Shown: positions 13,394-24,009 of the stretch, one piece after another
Layout: every line of letters begins with the position of its first letter
Numbering within the stretch: position 1 is the stretch's first letter
Assembly: GCF_018977255.1 (NCBI RefSeq)
Contig: NW_024704743.1
Coordinates: forward strand, 93,746,001 to 93,810,000
DNA: 64,000 nucleotides
Direction: 5' to 3'
From: Callorhinchus milii
Lineage: Eukaryota
Notes under the pieces: model-generated
What the model was told of the DNA's origin: nothing
Seen by the model: the letters and a program-made list of their open reading frames with translations, nothing else
The model's database searches: none
Translations under genes and position numbers: made by a program

Positions 13394-13956
13394 AGTCTGC
13401 CCAGAAGTGTTCCTTTGTCCTCACACCATTCAGTCTTGTGCTGTTTTTTCCCTCTTCTCTTGCTTTTCCCTCCACTCCTGTCACTCAATCGGCTGCACTG
13501 GGGTCTCAACCTTTCAACAAGCAGCGAGCCTTCCTTCACATTGGTGCTTATTATTTCAACGCTTTTCACTGGATTTTTGTCTCCAGGCATTTGTTTATTA
13601 TCCTTGTGCTACCCTTTTAATTCTGCACACTCTGTTGAAATCTGCTGCCCCTGCAGCCAAATTGCTAAACTTATTGAACAGCACTTATCCCTCAGCAACA
13701 AATTTGCTACCCGGAGCATGCAAAGTTGAATGACCTCTAGAATTGAAGGTGGTTTTAGCTGACAATCACTTTCTTTCTTACGGAAACTTCTGATTTTCTT
13801 GAATTTTTACTTCTTGACTTTTCATTGTCCATCCTTTGGTTTCTTGTCAAATGTCTACTGAAAGAACTTTTGAAAGGACTGGCCTCACCCACCAACTTTT
13901 CTTCTGAACCATCCAACCACCAGCTATTCTGTACTGCCTGACACAAAGTCTTCTTC

Positions 13957-14097
13957 AAAATGAAAAATACTGCAGATGCTGGAAATCTGAAACACAAACA
14001 GAAGTCGCTGGGAACACTCAGCAGGTCAGGCAGCATCTATGGAGAAAGGAAAGTGAGTCATCGTTTCAGGTCCACAACCCTTCGTCAGAACTCAAAG
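13957..14097 (-). mobile_element. Short Penelope-like non-coding element (single arm) with hammerhead motif
   Basis: Near-identical to the arms at 61436-61681; flanked by aagtcttcttc / aagtctccttc direct repeats. Confidence 0.75.
14055..14093 (-). ncRNA. Minimal type-I hammerhead ribozyme motif (cleavage-site U mutated to A)
   Basis: GAGUU CUGACGA AGGGUU GUG GACCU GAAA CGAU GACUC; stem I GAGUU/GACUC. Confidence 0.6.
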
Positions 14098-14434
14098 AAG
14101 TCTCCTTCTCAGGTCAAGTCAATATTCTATCTTTCCCTCAAATCCCCTCCATGCATTTTGATATTTCCAGAATACCCAGACAGAAAGCACATTCCATACA
14201 TTTTGGGCTAATGCAATGCTCTCTCCAATCAAAACAAATGCTCGTACTTGCATCGCTACATTCTGGCTACACCTCTGTCAGATGACACATAAAACCACAT
14301 TTCCAATTCAACTCTTTGCTCTTAAATCTCCATAAGTGAAACTTTCCAATGAAAAATACACTTATGCCTGGCTATTGAACCTGAAACCTTAACATATTAA
14401 AGGGAATTGGATAACCATTTGAAGAGGAAGAAAA

Positions 14435-14830
14435 GCAACAACAACTTGCATTTCTATAACCACCTTGACATAGAGTAATATCTCAGAGAGCTTTTACTAG
14501 GATGGGTCGGACATTGAGAAAGGGAGAGGAGAGGGGGAAAATGGGAAATAGCCATACATGTTTTCAAAGAGGTAGGATCTTTATAAGGTGGGACTTAAAG
14601 ACAAATAGAGAGGGGCAAGACAGGGAGGTAGAGGCAGTGAGTTACATAGGTTAGGGGGACCTGCAGCAAACCCAAGTTTGCTGAGTGAAGAGGTGAGCAG
14701 TAGAGCAGTAGTGGAGAAGATTGGAGAGATAAGTGCTAGGGTGTGAAAGGATTTATAGATGAGGATGAGGACCTTGAAATCACAGAGAGCCTATGGAGTT
14801 GGAAGAGGATTGGAGTGATGGACGTGTGGA
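14435..14830 (-). mobile_element. Old L2 3' fragment
   Basis: caacaacaacttgcattt tail; gatgaggatgaggaccttgaaatc (reverse of the [11 protein letters not shown] motif). Confidence 0.65.
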
Positions 14831-15598
14831 GTTTGGTGTGGAATGGAAAACAATGAGGAGTACATCGTTAAAGTCAAAACAGGAGGTGATAATAAGAATA
14901 CAAAAGGGTTGGGGGTGGTGGGGGGAGAGCAGTCAAATGTGATTACGGTAGTTGGCTCTCATGGAAAGCATAGCACCACTTTTATGGGCCTATGGGCTAC
15001 TCCTACACTGTAATTCTATGAATTACATCGACAATAAACTAAGTTACAATTAACACTGTGATTTCCCTGAATTTTCGACACTTGGTTTGAGAAACTTTTA
15101 CATGCAAATCAGTTGTATATAAGTTTGATATGATACTTCAACAATACTGGATTTCTAAACATTCAAAATTACTTTTTCCACCTTAAGTAATATTGCCCCT
15201 TTACATCGCTACCTAATTACCACAATTGTTGAAACTCCTATTCATGTCCGCCTCTACGGCAGATATCTCCACTGCTCTCCTTGCTAGCTTCCCCGGCTCT
15301 ACCCATCACAAGTTGGAATTCATCTGCAATGCATTTGCAGTGAGCGACTCGTACATTTGTCAAGCTCCATCCTGTCCAATTTGTCCTAATTTTCAAATGC
15401 TTCCATGGTCAGTCTCATCCCACCCTATATATGCAGTCTCTTGCCTTCCCCTGCCTGTAATCTACGCTTTTCAAGTTTGGGGAGGAGGAGTGGAGCTAAG
15501 GAAAACAACAAGGAGTTCAATCGTAAATTCAAAACAGGAGGTGCTAATACAAAATACAAAAGGATTGGGGTGGGGGGTGGGGTGCAGAGCAGTCAAAT

Positions 15599-15836
15599 GG
15601 TAGAAATTTGTGTCCCGATTTACTTAATTTTCTTATTTCATTTCAGAGTGTGCAATATTTGGCAAATTGTTGAGTTCAATCTGAACTTTGAAACCAGTTT
15701 TATGCTGCAGCTCTTAAAATAACTTACAGAACAACAGGCTTCAAAAGCAAGACTACATTTAAGAATTTGCCAAATTCTAGACATTCTGAAATGCTAACAA
15801 AACATAGTAAATAGAGACCCAGATAAAATTTCTACC
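15599..15836. mobile_element. Palindromic MITE-like element
   Basis: ggtagaaattt / aaatttctacc ends plus an inner ~29-bp inverted repeat atttcagagtgtgcaatatttggcaaatt / aatttgccaaattctagacattctgaaat. Confidence 0.75.
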
Positions 15837-17431
15837 TGCTAGTCTATTGCTCACTTCCTCCTCCTTCTGTCTCTGTGGATGGCCAAGTCTTCAGCCACTA
15901 ATCCCCTATCCTCTGCAACTCTCTTCTTTGTCTCTCTCCCTGCCTTCAAAATCCTCCCAATAAAGTATGACATGAGCTTTACCTTTGATTAATCTCTTTA
16001 AAAACGCTTGTTCACCACTACATTGCGATCCACTCTAAGACGTTTCTATGTGTGAAATACGTTAAATAAATGCAACTAATATTATATCTGCGATCTTCTC
16101 TTGCCTATATCTCCAGTCTGGAAAGCAGAAACATCCAGCAGACTTTATGAGGGAACATATGCATTATGAGGTCATGGACATGCTAAGTTAGGGGACGTCC
16201 TTATGCTCTTAGACAGTATCCCCTCTAACATTGCAGGGTGTCATGAAAGCTGTCGTAAAACCCTAGCAAAGTGTATGGAAGACATGCTGCCTCTCAATGT
16301 CATCTTGTGCAAATAATTTATAGTTTAGTGTTATACAATGAGTTTTTATTTTAGCAGGCATCAAAGTAAAGAAAGTCATGATGACATCTGCCTTTATTGG
16401 GCTCTTTGGGTGAACAACACTCATCAGTAACATCTGCACTTTCATAAACACCGTGAATCTATATTAAAACGTGACCATACAATAGGCATATAAGCAAGAG
16501 CACTGTGTGAATAAATGAACACATAAGAGATTAAAGCATTTGTCGACTGCATATCCTTGCTTGGGTGCTCCTGAAGACATGGTTCAGGTCTGCATTGTCC
16601 TTTGCCAATCTGGGGGCTAGAAGGGTTTGTGGGGATTAGGCTTTGTCTGTAGGTTAATGGGGCGTGAGCAGATCTAACCTCACTCACCAAAAAAAATTGT
16701 TTTAAAAATCCTAAACTTAAGATAGGCAAGCACTAAATGGATGTCTCTTGACTATCAGTTTTCATATATGGCCTTAAACTTCGGTAGGATGGGAGAGATA
16801 AAGGCCATGCTCCTTTTGCGGCTTCCTTTCCAAAGCAAGACAACTTGACCCTAACCCTTGGAAAAACTACTGCAGCGTTTTAAGTTCTTTCAAGAAAAAA
16901 CAGCATCTAATTTAAGGAGTAAACTTGCGTAGACACGACTAATTTACTCTCCAAATGAAATGCATTGCTCGGTCAGCAATGCAATGGAAAATGTCCCAGT
17001 TCATTAAAAACAATGAAATGTTTCCTTTTGGATTGATCCCTGGAGCTGACTTTTACTGCCCAGCGAAATGTGTTCTATTAAAACAGAATTTTACTAGAAA
17101 GCAATCCCACATCAATGTTTCTTTTAATAGGATTTAATTTGTGGGTTTTTCTTAACAGGATCCCTTAATGGAATCTCATTAAGATTCTTGTCAATTCACA
17201 CCAATTTCACTCTGGAAGATCACTGCAGAACAGTTTTCACAGTGAAGCATGAAATCCATACAATTACTGAAAGATGTTCCCTATTTTGTGGGGCTTCATG
17301 TCCCCTGCCTTATCTGCCCCAGCATCAGTGGGCAAGCCAACAGCCGTTCTGCCCCCCACTTCTCTGGAGCTCCATCCCAGATTCTAGCCACCTCCTCCCT
17401 CCCTCCCTCCCTACATTCCCTCCCTACATTT

Positions 17432-17758
17432 GTGGAGTCCTGTAGCTCAGTGGTTAGAGCACTCGCTTTGCAAGTGAGAGACCTGAGTTCAATTCCAGGC
17501 AGAGGGCGAAACCTTGGGCAAGTTTCCTTACTCCACACAGAGCCTAATAATAATCCCTCCAAAAAAAAAAAAAACAATAATAAATTGGTCATTTTCAATC
17601 TACGACTGTTTGTGGGACATTGCTGTGCGCAATTGGCTGCCACGTTCGCCCACAAATATACAGTCAATTCACTTTACAGTGTGTTCTGTGAAGCGCTTTG
17701 GGACGTCCTCCCGACGTGAAAAGCGCTATATCAAATGCAAGGATTATTATTATTATTA
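17432..17758 (+). mobile_element. tRNA-Ala-headed SINE, short form (young)
   Basis: Intact A and B boxes, TTTGCAA anticodon loop, near-identical to the 23602 and 38857 copies. Confidence 0.97.
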
Positions 17759-18074
17759 CATTCAACATCAGCCTCAAGAAGTACCTCTTTGACTGTCAGC
17801 TTTCCCCTCTCTGCCCTCTTCAGCTTCCAACCCCCAGCTCAAATGTTCAGCTAACAGTGCAAAATACTTTGATGATTCCTCCCGCTGTGAAAGTCACTAC
17901 ATAAATGTAAATTCTACAGTTTGACACAAATTGGATTCCTTTATAAAGAATCTCATTGGGAAATACAACAAATCAGACTCCAACATCATCTACTGACACT
18001 AACCCTGAGATACTACTCTTTAATTTAAAATCAAGTGTCTTTCACTTTACCAATGACTACAACTATTAGCGATA

Positions 18075-18200
18075 GCTTGCAAGGATATGGGGAAAGAGCG
18101 GGGGAGCTGGACTGATTTGGTAGCTCTTCCAAAGAGCCAGCACAGGCACGATGGGCCGAATGGCCTCATTCTGTGCAGTAATAGTCTATGATTCTATGAT
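18075..18200 (+). mobile_element. CR1 extreme 3' end
   Basis: gagccagcacaggcacgatgggccgaatggcctc and (tctatgat)n tail. Confidence 0.85.
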
Positions 18201-18959
18201 AGAAGATTGCTAATGTTATTGCAGTGACCATCTGATCAAGGGGCCGCAAAATAAACCAAAAGAGAATACAATGTGGTATTTGGTAAATGGTCAGTGCTTG
18301 TGAGTTAAGGCAGAGGAATGTGAGGAGGTCAGCGTGTTCTAGAAAACCACTGCAATACAGTGAGTGTGCAGTGTATCCGCCCAAGCACTGCAGCTGAATG
18401 TCTTCTCCTTTTTAACTAAAGATGTGGCAAGATTACAATGTGCTGAGTGTGCTTGCAAAGGAAGAAAATACTCTCCATATTGTGTAATCTGTAGATTTAC
18501 TGCACAGAGCGAGTACAAGGGCATGAGAAGCATCTCTTGAGTATTTTAGAAGACGTCTTGAACTGAGAAACAAGTCATAAAAAGCAGAATTTTGTTCCCA
18601 GGATATGTCAATGTATTTTATTTTATTTAATTTGCTTATCAGATATCCTTTGAATTCTGGAGTTTTAAGGGGGAGTTGATCCTCTCTAGGTTAAATCAAT
18701 CTGCAGGGCGCTGAAGAAACAGATGGGAAACAGTCTAGCAGATATTTTCTTCCTTTCAGATGGAGAATGTGGAGAGCAGGAAGTGCGGAGACAATTAATG
18801 TGGAGTGCAGGGATTACTAGTATGAGCATGAAAAGACACGGATTTCAAGGAGACATGGTGTGTGGAGCATAGCAGTATGGTGAGGAACACAGTGGCGATG
18901 GTGGGGGGGGTTAGTGTATGTGGAAAGCAAGATTCAGGATTGTGAGATTGTGTCACCTG

Positions 18960-19397
18960 CAAGAAACACCGTACCCCCATCACACCAGTACTTGCCTGGT
19001 TCCACTAGCTCCCAATCACTGAACAGATCGACTTCAAGATCTTCTCACTTGTCTTCAAATCACTTAATTCCCTTGCACCTCCCTACCCTATCCAACTAGC
19101 TTAACCACCACAACACCACTCACTAACCTCCGCTCGGCTGGCTCTGGCCTTCTGTTTGTCCCTTGTGCCCTTGGTTCCACCATCGGTGGCCGTGCCTTCA
19201 GCCACTACGCCCCGAAACTCTGGAATTCTCTCCCTCAATCTCTCCACTTTGCCCCCTCCCTCCCCATCTTCAAATCCAGCCTGAAGACTTTTCTTTTTAA
19301 TCGTACTTACAGTCTTCTCCCCCTTCTCTCTCCACCACTGTGAAGCGCTCTGGGACTCTACCCTGTGTGAAGGGCGCTATATAAATGCAAGTTGTTG
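18960..19397 (+). mobile_element. L2 3' fragment (second subfamily)
   Basis: gatcgacttcaagatc, gccttcagccactacgcccc, tail gaagcgctc..gggcgctatataaatgcaagttgttg. Confidence 0.9.
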
Positions 19398-19629
19398 AAT
19401 TTATAGATTCAACACCTTGCCAGAGAAGATTGGACAGATCGGATGGAGCAAAACTGTGGAGAAATTTGAAAATGAGGATGATGATATCAAAATCAATCCA
19501 TTGAGGGACAGAGAGTCAGGGAGCTTGTCAAGGACTTGATTGATGGACATCGGGAACATGTGTAATATAGGAACCTGGGCAAGAAATTATGTGGGATGGA
19601 AATTTGTGCAGGGAACTCTTGCAGGACAA

Positions 19630-19800
19630 TATATGTGAGAGCTTGGAGGAGATATATGGGAGGGCTCATAGGAGCTATGTAGGAGGATTTAGGAGAGATA
19701 TGTGTAGGGGCTTGGGATGATATGTGCAGGGGCTTGGGGTGATATGTGTAGGGGCTTGGGGTGATATGTGTAGGGGCTTGGAGGAGATATGTGTGAGGAC
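19630..19800. repeat. 22-bp minisatellite
   Basis: Unit gatatgtgtaggggcttggggt, about 4 clean copies plus degenerate flanking copies. Confidence 0.9.
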
Positions 19801-19929
19801 CTGTGCAGAGCAGAAATTTGTGTGGGACAGGACAAATCATTTTGCTGTGTTACTTGTCTCCTTGACCCATGTCTTGCTCAGTGTCCAATGCTCCTGTTGA
19901 CTTACAGATTGGGAATCAAAGACTGCTTC

Positions 19930-20296
19930 ATCTATATCGACCTGTCCGCTCCCTCCGTTCAGCAGGCGTTCCCCACCCCGCCCAGCCCTGCTCTACATCC
20001 CCCACCGGCCCGTACCACCATCAGCAGTCAGGTCTTCACCCTCTCTGCCCCCACCCTTTGGAATTCTATCCCACAGTCCCTTCACCTCATTCCCTCCCTT
20101 GCCTCCTTCAAGGCCCATCTCAAAACCCTCCTCTTCAACAGCATCTTTTGTCACCCTACATCCCCAACCTTCTTTGCCCTCCAATCCTCCTGATCCCAAA
20201 CCCCTAGTTTGGGTCTAAATCCCTGACTGTCCAGCGCCTTGGGACATCCTCCCAATGTGAAAGATGCTATACAAATGTAATTTGTTATTGTTGTTG
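19930..20296 (+). mobile_element. L2 3' end
   Basis: SAPTLWNSIP..FKAHLKTLLF, terminal stem and (TTG)n tail. Confidence 0.92.
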
Positions 20297-21310
20297 CGGA
20301 CATCTAGGTGAGTTCAAGGATGTCACCTGGTGTCATTTTGAGCTCACTCTCATCAATCGATACAGAGCAATAAGAATGTGAGCTCAGAACTAGCCAGTCG
20401 CCCTAAATATGGACTGTTTAAACATCTAAATATTAAAGCAAGCTGCCAATCTGATATCCTTCAATGATCACATATCTTTCATCTTTCATTCCACACAAGC
20501 AATAGCTTTTAAGGGTCACTGAGCTTCCTTCTTAAATTGGGCCTTGAACCCATTTCTCCCTCCATTCCAGAAATATCTATTTTAATTGAGTTTTTCTTTC
20601 CTTCATTTTACAGGCTAATAAAATGCCACACTGCTTAAATTTACTGAACATATTTATACTAGCATTCACTGAAGGCTGCTCTGTAAGGAATCCTGCCGGA
20701 CCTTGGACCTCAAGAAGACATTAGATACAGTGAACTATGTCATAAGCTTCACAGACTTACCTAAATTGTTTTAAGTTTCAATAATGCCTGTGCACTGCAA
20801 TTTTAATCTTATCTGTCAGATGGATATCAAGACATTAACTTTAGACACTGTGGGCTGGAATCTGGATACCACTGCACTGCTGGTTGGTGTGGCCCCAGGG
20901 CCCGTTTAGGTCTCTATTCCCTAGTTAAGACAAGTATGCAGGCTGTCTGTGAGCTGTTTTATCTGTGCTTGTGATATGGAACTTTTATTTTGTTGAAACT
21001 CAGTAGTCTCTATGTTAAATGCTTTGAATTGAGATCCACAAATAGATATGATATGACTCACAGCTTACCATCAGTATATGCTGTTTCAAGCACTTTCAGT
21101 AAGTGGCGATTGGGATTCTTTTTCACAAGGATTGTGTTCCTTGTATTTGTGCTTGTACTTGCTACTGCTTTTGATGCGAAAAACAAAACCAGGGAAATTC
21201 CAGCAAAATAGACTTGCTTCACGCGCTTTAAAATCACCTGCCGGTGCAGACATGCTTTTTGCAGGATCTTATTCACTGCCATGATACAGAGAGAACACAA
21301 TCATAAGAAG

Positions 21311-21415
21311 CACATATGATCATGTGAGGCATGTATGATAATGCAAGGCGCATCTGAGCATGTGAGGCAAGTATGATCATGTGAAATATATATGATCACA
21401 TGAGGCACAAATGAT
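21311..21415. repeat. Degenerate 20-bp tandem repeat
   Basis: About 5 copies of a tatgatcatgtgaggcatg-like unit. Confidence 0.75.
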
Positions 21416-21544
21416 TTTAAAAAGTGAAAAGGTAAAATGCAAGAATTCTAAAAATCATTTGTATTTTTTCTTTTTTGTTTGACAACCTTTAGCAAAAGTC
21501 TTGAGAGGTACAGTTTTATTTTATGAACTGTTTGAGCAGAGAGA

Positions 21545-22890
21545 ACTGGAGAGCACCCATCCTTATAGTACTAGATTTGGAATATCACAGCCATAGAGAA
21601 GGTACAGTTGAGATTCACCAGGATGTTGCCAGGTATTAGATGTTATTGTTTCCACAAACGGCTTTTCCTCCAGCCCCCGCACTGTCTCGTGCAGTGTCCC
21701 TCAGGGCTCTGTCCTCGGTCCCCTCCTCTTCACCCTCTATATGCTCCCCCTTGGTGACATCATCCGAAGACATGGGGTTAACTTCCACATGAATGCGGAT
21801 GACACCCAACTCTACCTTTCCTCCTCTACCCTCAACTCCACGACCACCGATGTCCTGACAGTCTGCCTGTCCGACATCGAGTCCTGGACGAGAGACAACT
21901 TTCTTCAGCTCAACGTGCGCAAAACTGAGGCCGTCCTGATTGGCTCACGTCAGGGCCTCCGCATTTCAGGCACTAACAGCATCAGAATCCAAGGCTGCAC
22001 TCTCCACCTCTCAAAGCCAGTCAGGAACCTCGGCGTTCTGTTCGATCCTGAGCTGTCCTTTCTTCCTCATATCCGCGCCACAACTGGCACCGCCTTCCAT
22101 CACCTCCAAAACATCGCCAGACTACGGCACTACCTCACCGCTCACGCAACTGAAACACTGGTCCACGCCTTTATCACCTTAAGGCTGGACTACGGGAACT
22201 CTCTCCTCACCGGCCTTCCCGCCACCTCCCTCCACAAGCTGCAGGTCATTCAGAAGTCTGCAACTCGTGCACTGTCCCGCACCAGGCTTCGTAACCACAT
22301 CACTCCCACCCTCGCTCGCCTCCACTGGCTCCCCATCCCCCAGAAGATCGATTTCAAGATCCTCATCCTCACCTACAAGGCCATTCATGGCCTTGCTCCC
22401 TCCTACCTCTCCAACCTACTATCCCCCTACCTACCTGCCTGTACCCTCCATTCCTCTGGCTCCGGTCTGCTCCACACCCCCCGCCCTAACCGCCCTACCA
22501 TCAGTGGCCGGGCTTTCAGCCTCTCAGCCCCTAGGCTCTGGAACTCCATTACCCAGTGCCTTCGCCGCTTCCTCCCTTTCCTCCTTCAAGGCCGGTCTCA
22601 AGACCTTTCTCTTTGACCGTGCCTTCAGTTCCCCTCTCGACTCTTTACCCCCTCCTCGCTTCCTCCCCTCCCCTCACCCTGACCATTTCCCCCCTTGCTC
22701 GGGTCCTGACCCAACTGTACAGCGCCTTGGGACATCCTCCCAACGTGAAAGGCGCTCTATAAATGGAATCTTGTTGTTGTTGTTGTTGTTCTGTGGAAAG
22801 ACTTGAAAGTTTGGGGCTGTTTATGCGGGGAGAAGAGTTTCAAAGGATCAAATTTTTATAGTGGGGATTAATGTTTTTGATAGGGTAACG
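21545..22890 (+). mobile_element. Old CR1 fragment split by the L2 at 21651-22790
   Basis: gagattcaccaggatgttgccagg (RFTRMLPG) before the L2 and gaaagacttgaaagtttggggctgttt (ERLESLGLF) after it. Confidence 0.65.
21651..22790 (+). mobile_element. 5'-truncated L2, best-preserved copy (RT C-terminal half, 291-aa ORF 21741-22616)
   Basis: [17 protein letters not shown] (YADD altered), LHWLPI..IDFKIL, frameshift near the end, terminal stem and (TTG)n. Confidence 0.97.
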
Positions 22891-23416
22891 ACAATTGGTG
22901 AATCATTAATAAGACAGCATAAATTAATATATCACAAGACTTGACAGAGAGGTTCAGGTGAAGAAGGCCTTTAGTCCACTTGATCTCATCCTTCCTGAAT
23001 ACCCACCTTATTGTTCTCCCATTGCTGCATCAAGTTGATTTTTTTAATGGATCCAGTGTCCTGCAAATAAAATACTGCTAACTACTTTTTCGTATAACTA
23101 CAACCTAGAAATAAAAGCGACACATGAATTCTTTTTAAATCAGGCATGAACCTGGAGCATTTTTCCTTAAAATCAGAAAGCTGATAACATGAGGTCTATT
23201 TTCCTCCCGTTGGGGAAAACAATACATGAAGGAACATCAGTAAATCAGTGGTATGGAAATTACTTGTGCTGAAAATAGTTGTTATAATTATAACAGTTAT
23301 AATACAGTTAGAAAAACCATTATGGAAAACAGTAAATTGAAATCATTAATTGATATTTGAAGCCAATTGAGTTAGGCACGCTATCATCCTATTTCACTTC
23401 TGAGACATTGGGATAA

Positions 23417-23546
23417 GTAACCACAGAGATTTAAGCACAAGGTATTTAAATAAAAAGTTTTTTAGTTCCAAAGTATTTAACCACACAATATTTAACCAGA
23501 GAGTATTTAACCACAGCGTACTTAACCACAGAGTATTTAACCACAA
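23417..23546. repeat. 15-bp tandem repeat (gagtatttaaccaca)
   Basis: Five consecutive units at 23472-23545 plus degenerate upstream units. Confidence 0.85.
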
Positions 23547-23548
23547 AA

Positions 23549-24009
23549 GCCCTGAAATTCCGCTTAGTCTTAACCTTAAAATTTAGGATAATGCAGAAAT
23601 CGTGGAGTCCTGTAGCTCAGTGGTTAGAGCACTCGCTTTGCAAGCGAGAGACCTGAGTTCAATTCCAGGCAGGGCGAAACCTTGGGCAAGTTTCCTTACT
23701 CCACACGCCTAATAATAATCCCTCCAAAAAACCAAAAACAATAATAAATTGGTCATTTTCAATCTATGACTATTTGTGGGACATTGCTATGCGCAATTGG
23801 CTGCCGCTTTCGCCCACAAAAATACAGTTTACAGTGTGTTCTGTGAAGCGCTTTGGGACGTCCTCCCGACGTGAAAAGCGCTATATCAAATGCAAGGATT
23901 ATTATTATTATTAATTGTGGAGAATTCTTAAATTTTGTCTTTATTTGGAAAGCCAGTTATTAAAAAAGCCAAAATTATTACAAACGAAGATTATATGGAA
24001 TTTCAGGCC
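23549..24009. mobile_element. MITE-like element interrupted by a SINE
   Basis: Ends gccctgaaattcc / ggaatttcaggcc are inverted repeats. Confidence 0.55.
23602..23913 (+). mobile_element. tRNA-Ala-headed SINE, short form (young)
   Basis: Near-identical to 17432-17758. Confidence 0.97.

Noticed and set aside
17432..17510. tRNA-Ala gene
   Set aside because: Anticodon arm and A/B boxes are present, but the sequence continues into a SINE body in every copy and lacks a canonical acceptor stem and T-run terminator
17514..17792. Recurrent small ORF family ending KRYIKCKDYYYY (also 10573, 38937, 59892)
   Set aside because: Translation of the SINE consensus; similarity reflects repeat copies
18340..18565. 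Exon-like segment after a tttctcag acceptor on the minus strand
   Set aside because: All three frames from the acceptor reach stops and no convincing donor was seen
19493..19840. Pro/Thr/Tyr-rich 115-aa ORF
   Set aside because: Translation of the 22-bp minisatellite
21741..22616. 291-aa ORF as a functional or domesticated reverse transcriptase gene
   Set aside because: 5'-truncated L2, YADD altered to NADD, frameshift near the C-terminus, no endonuclease domain
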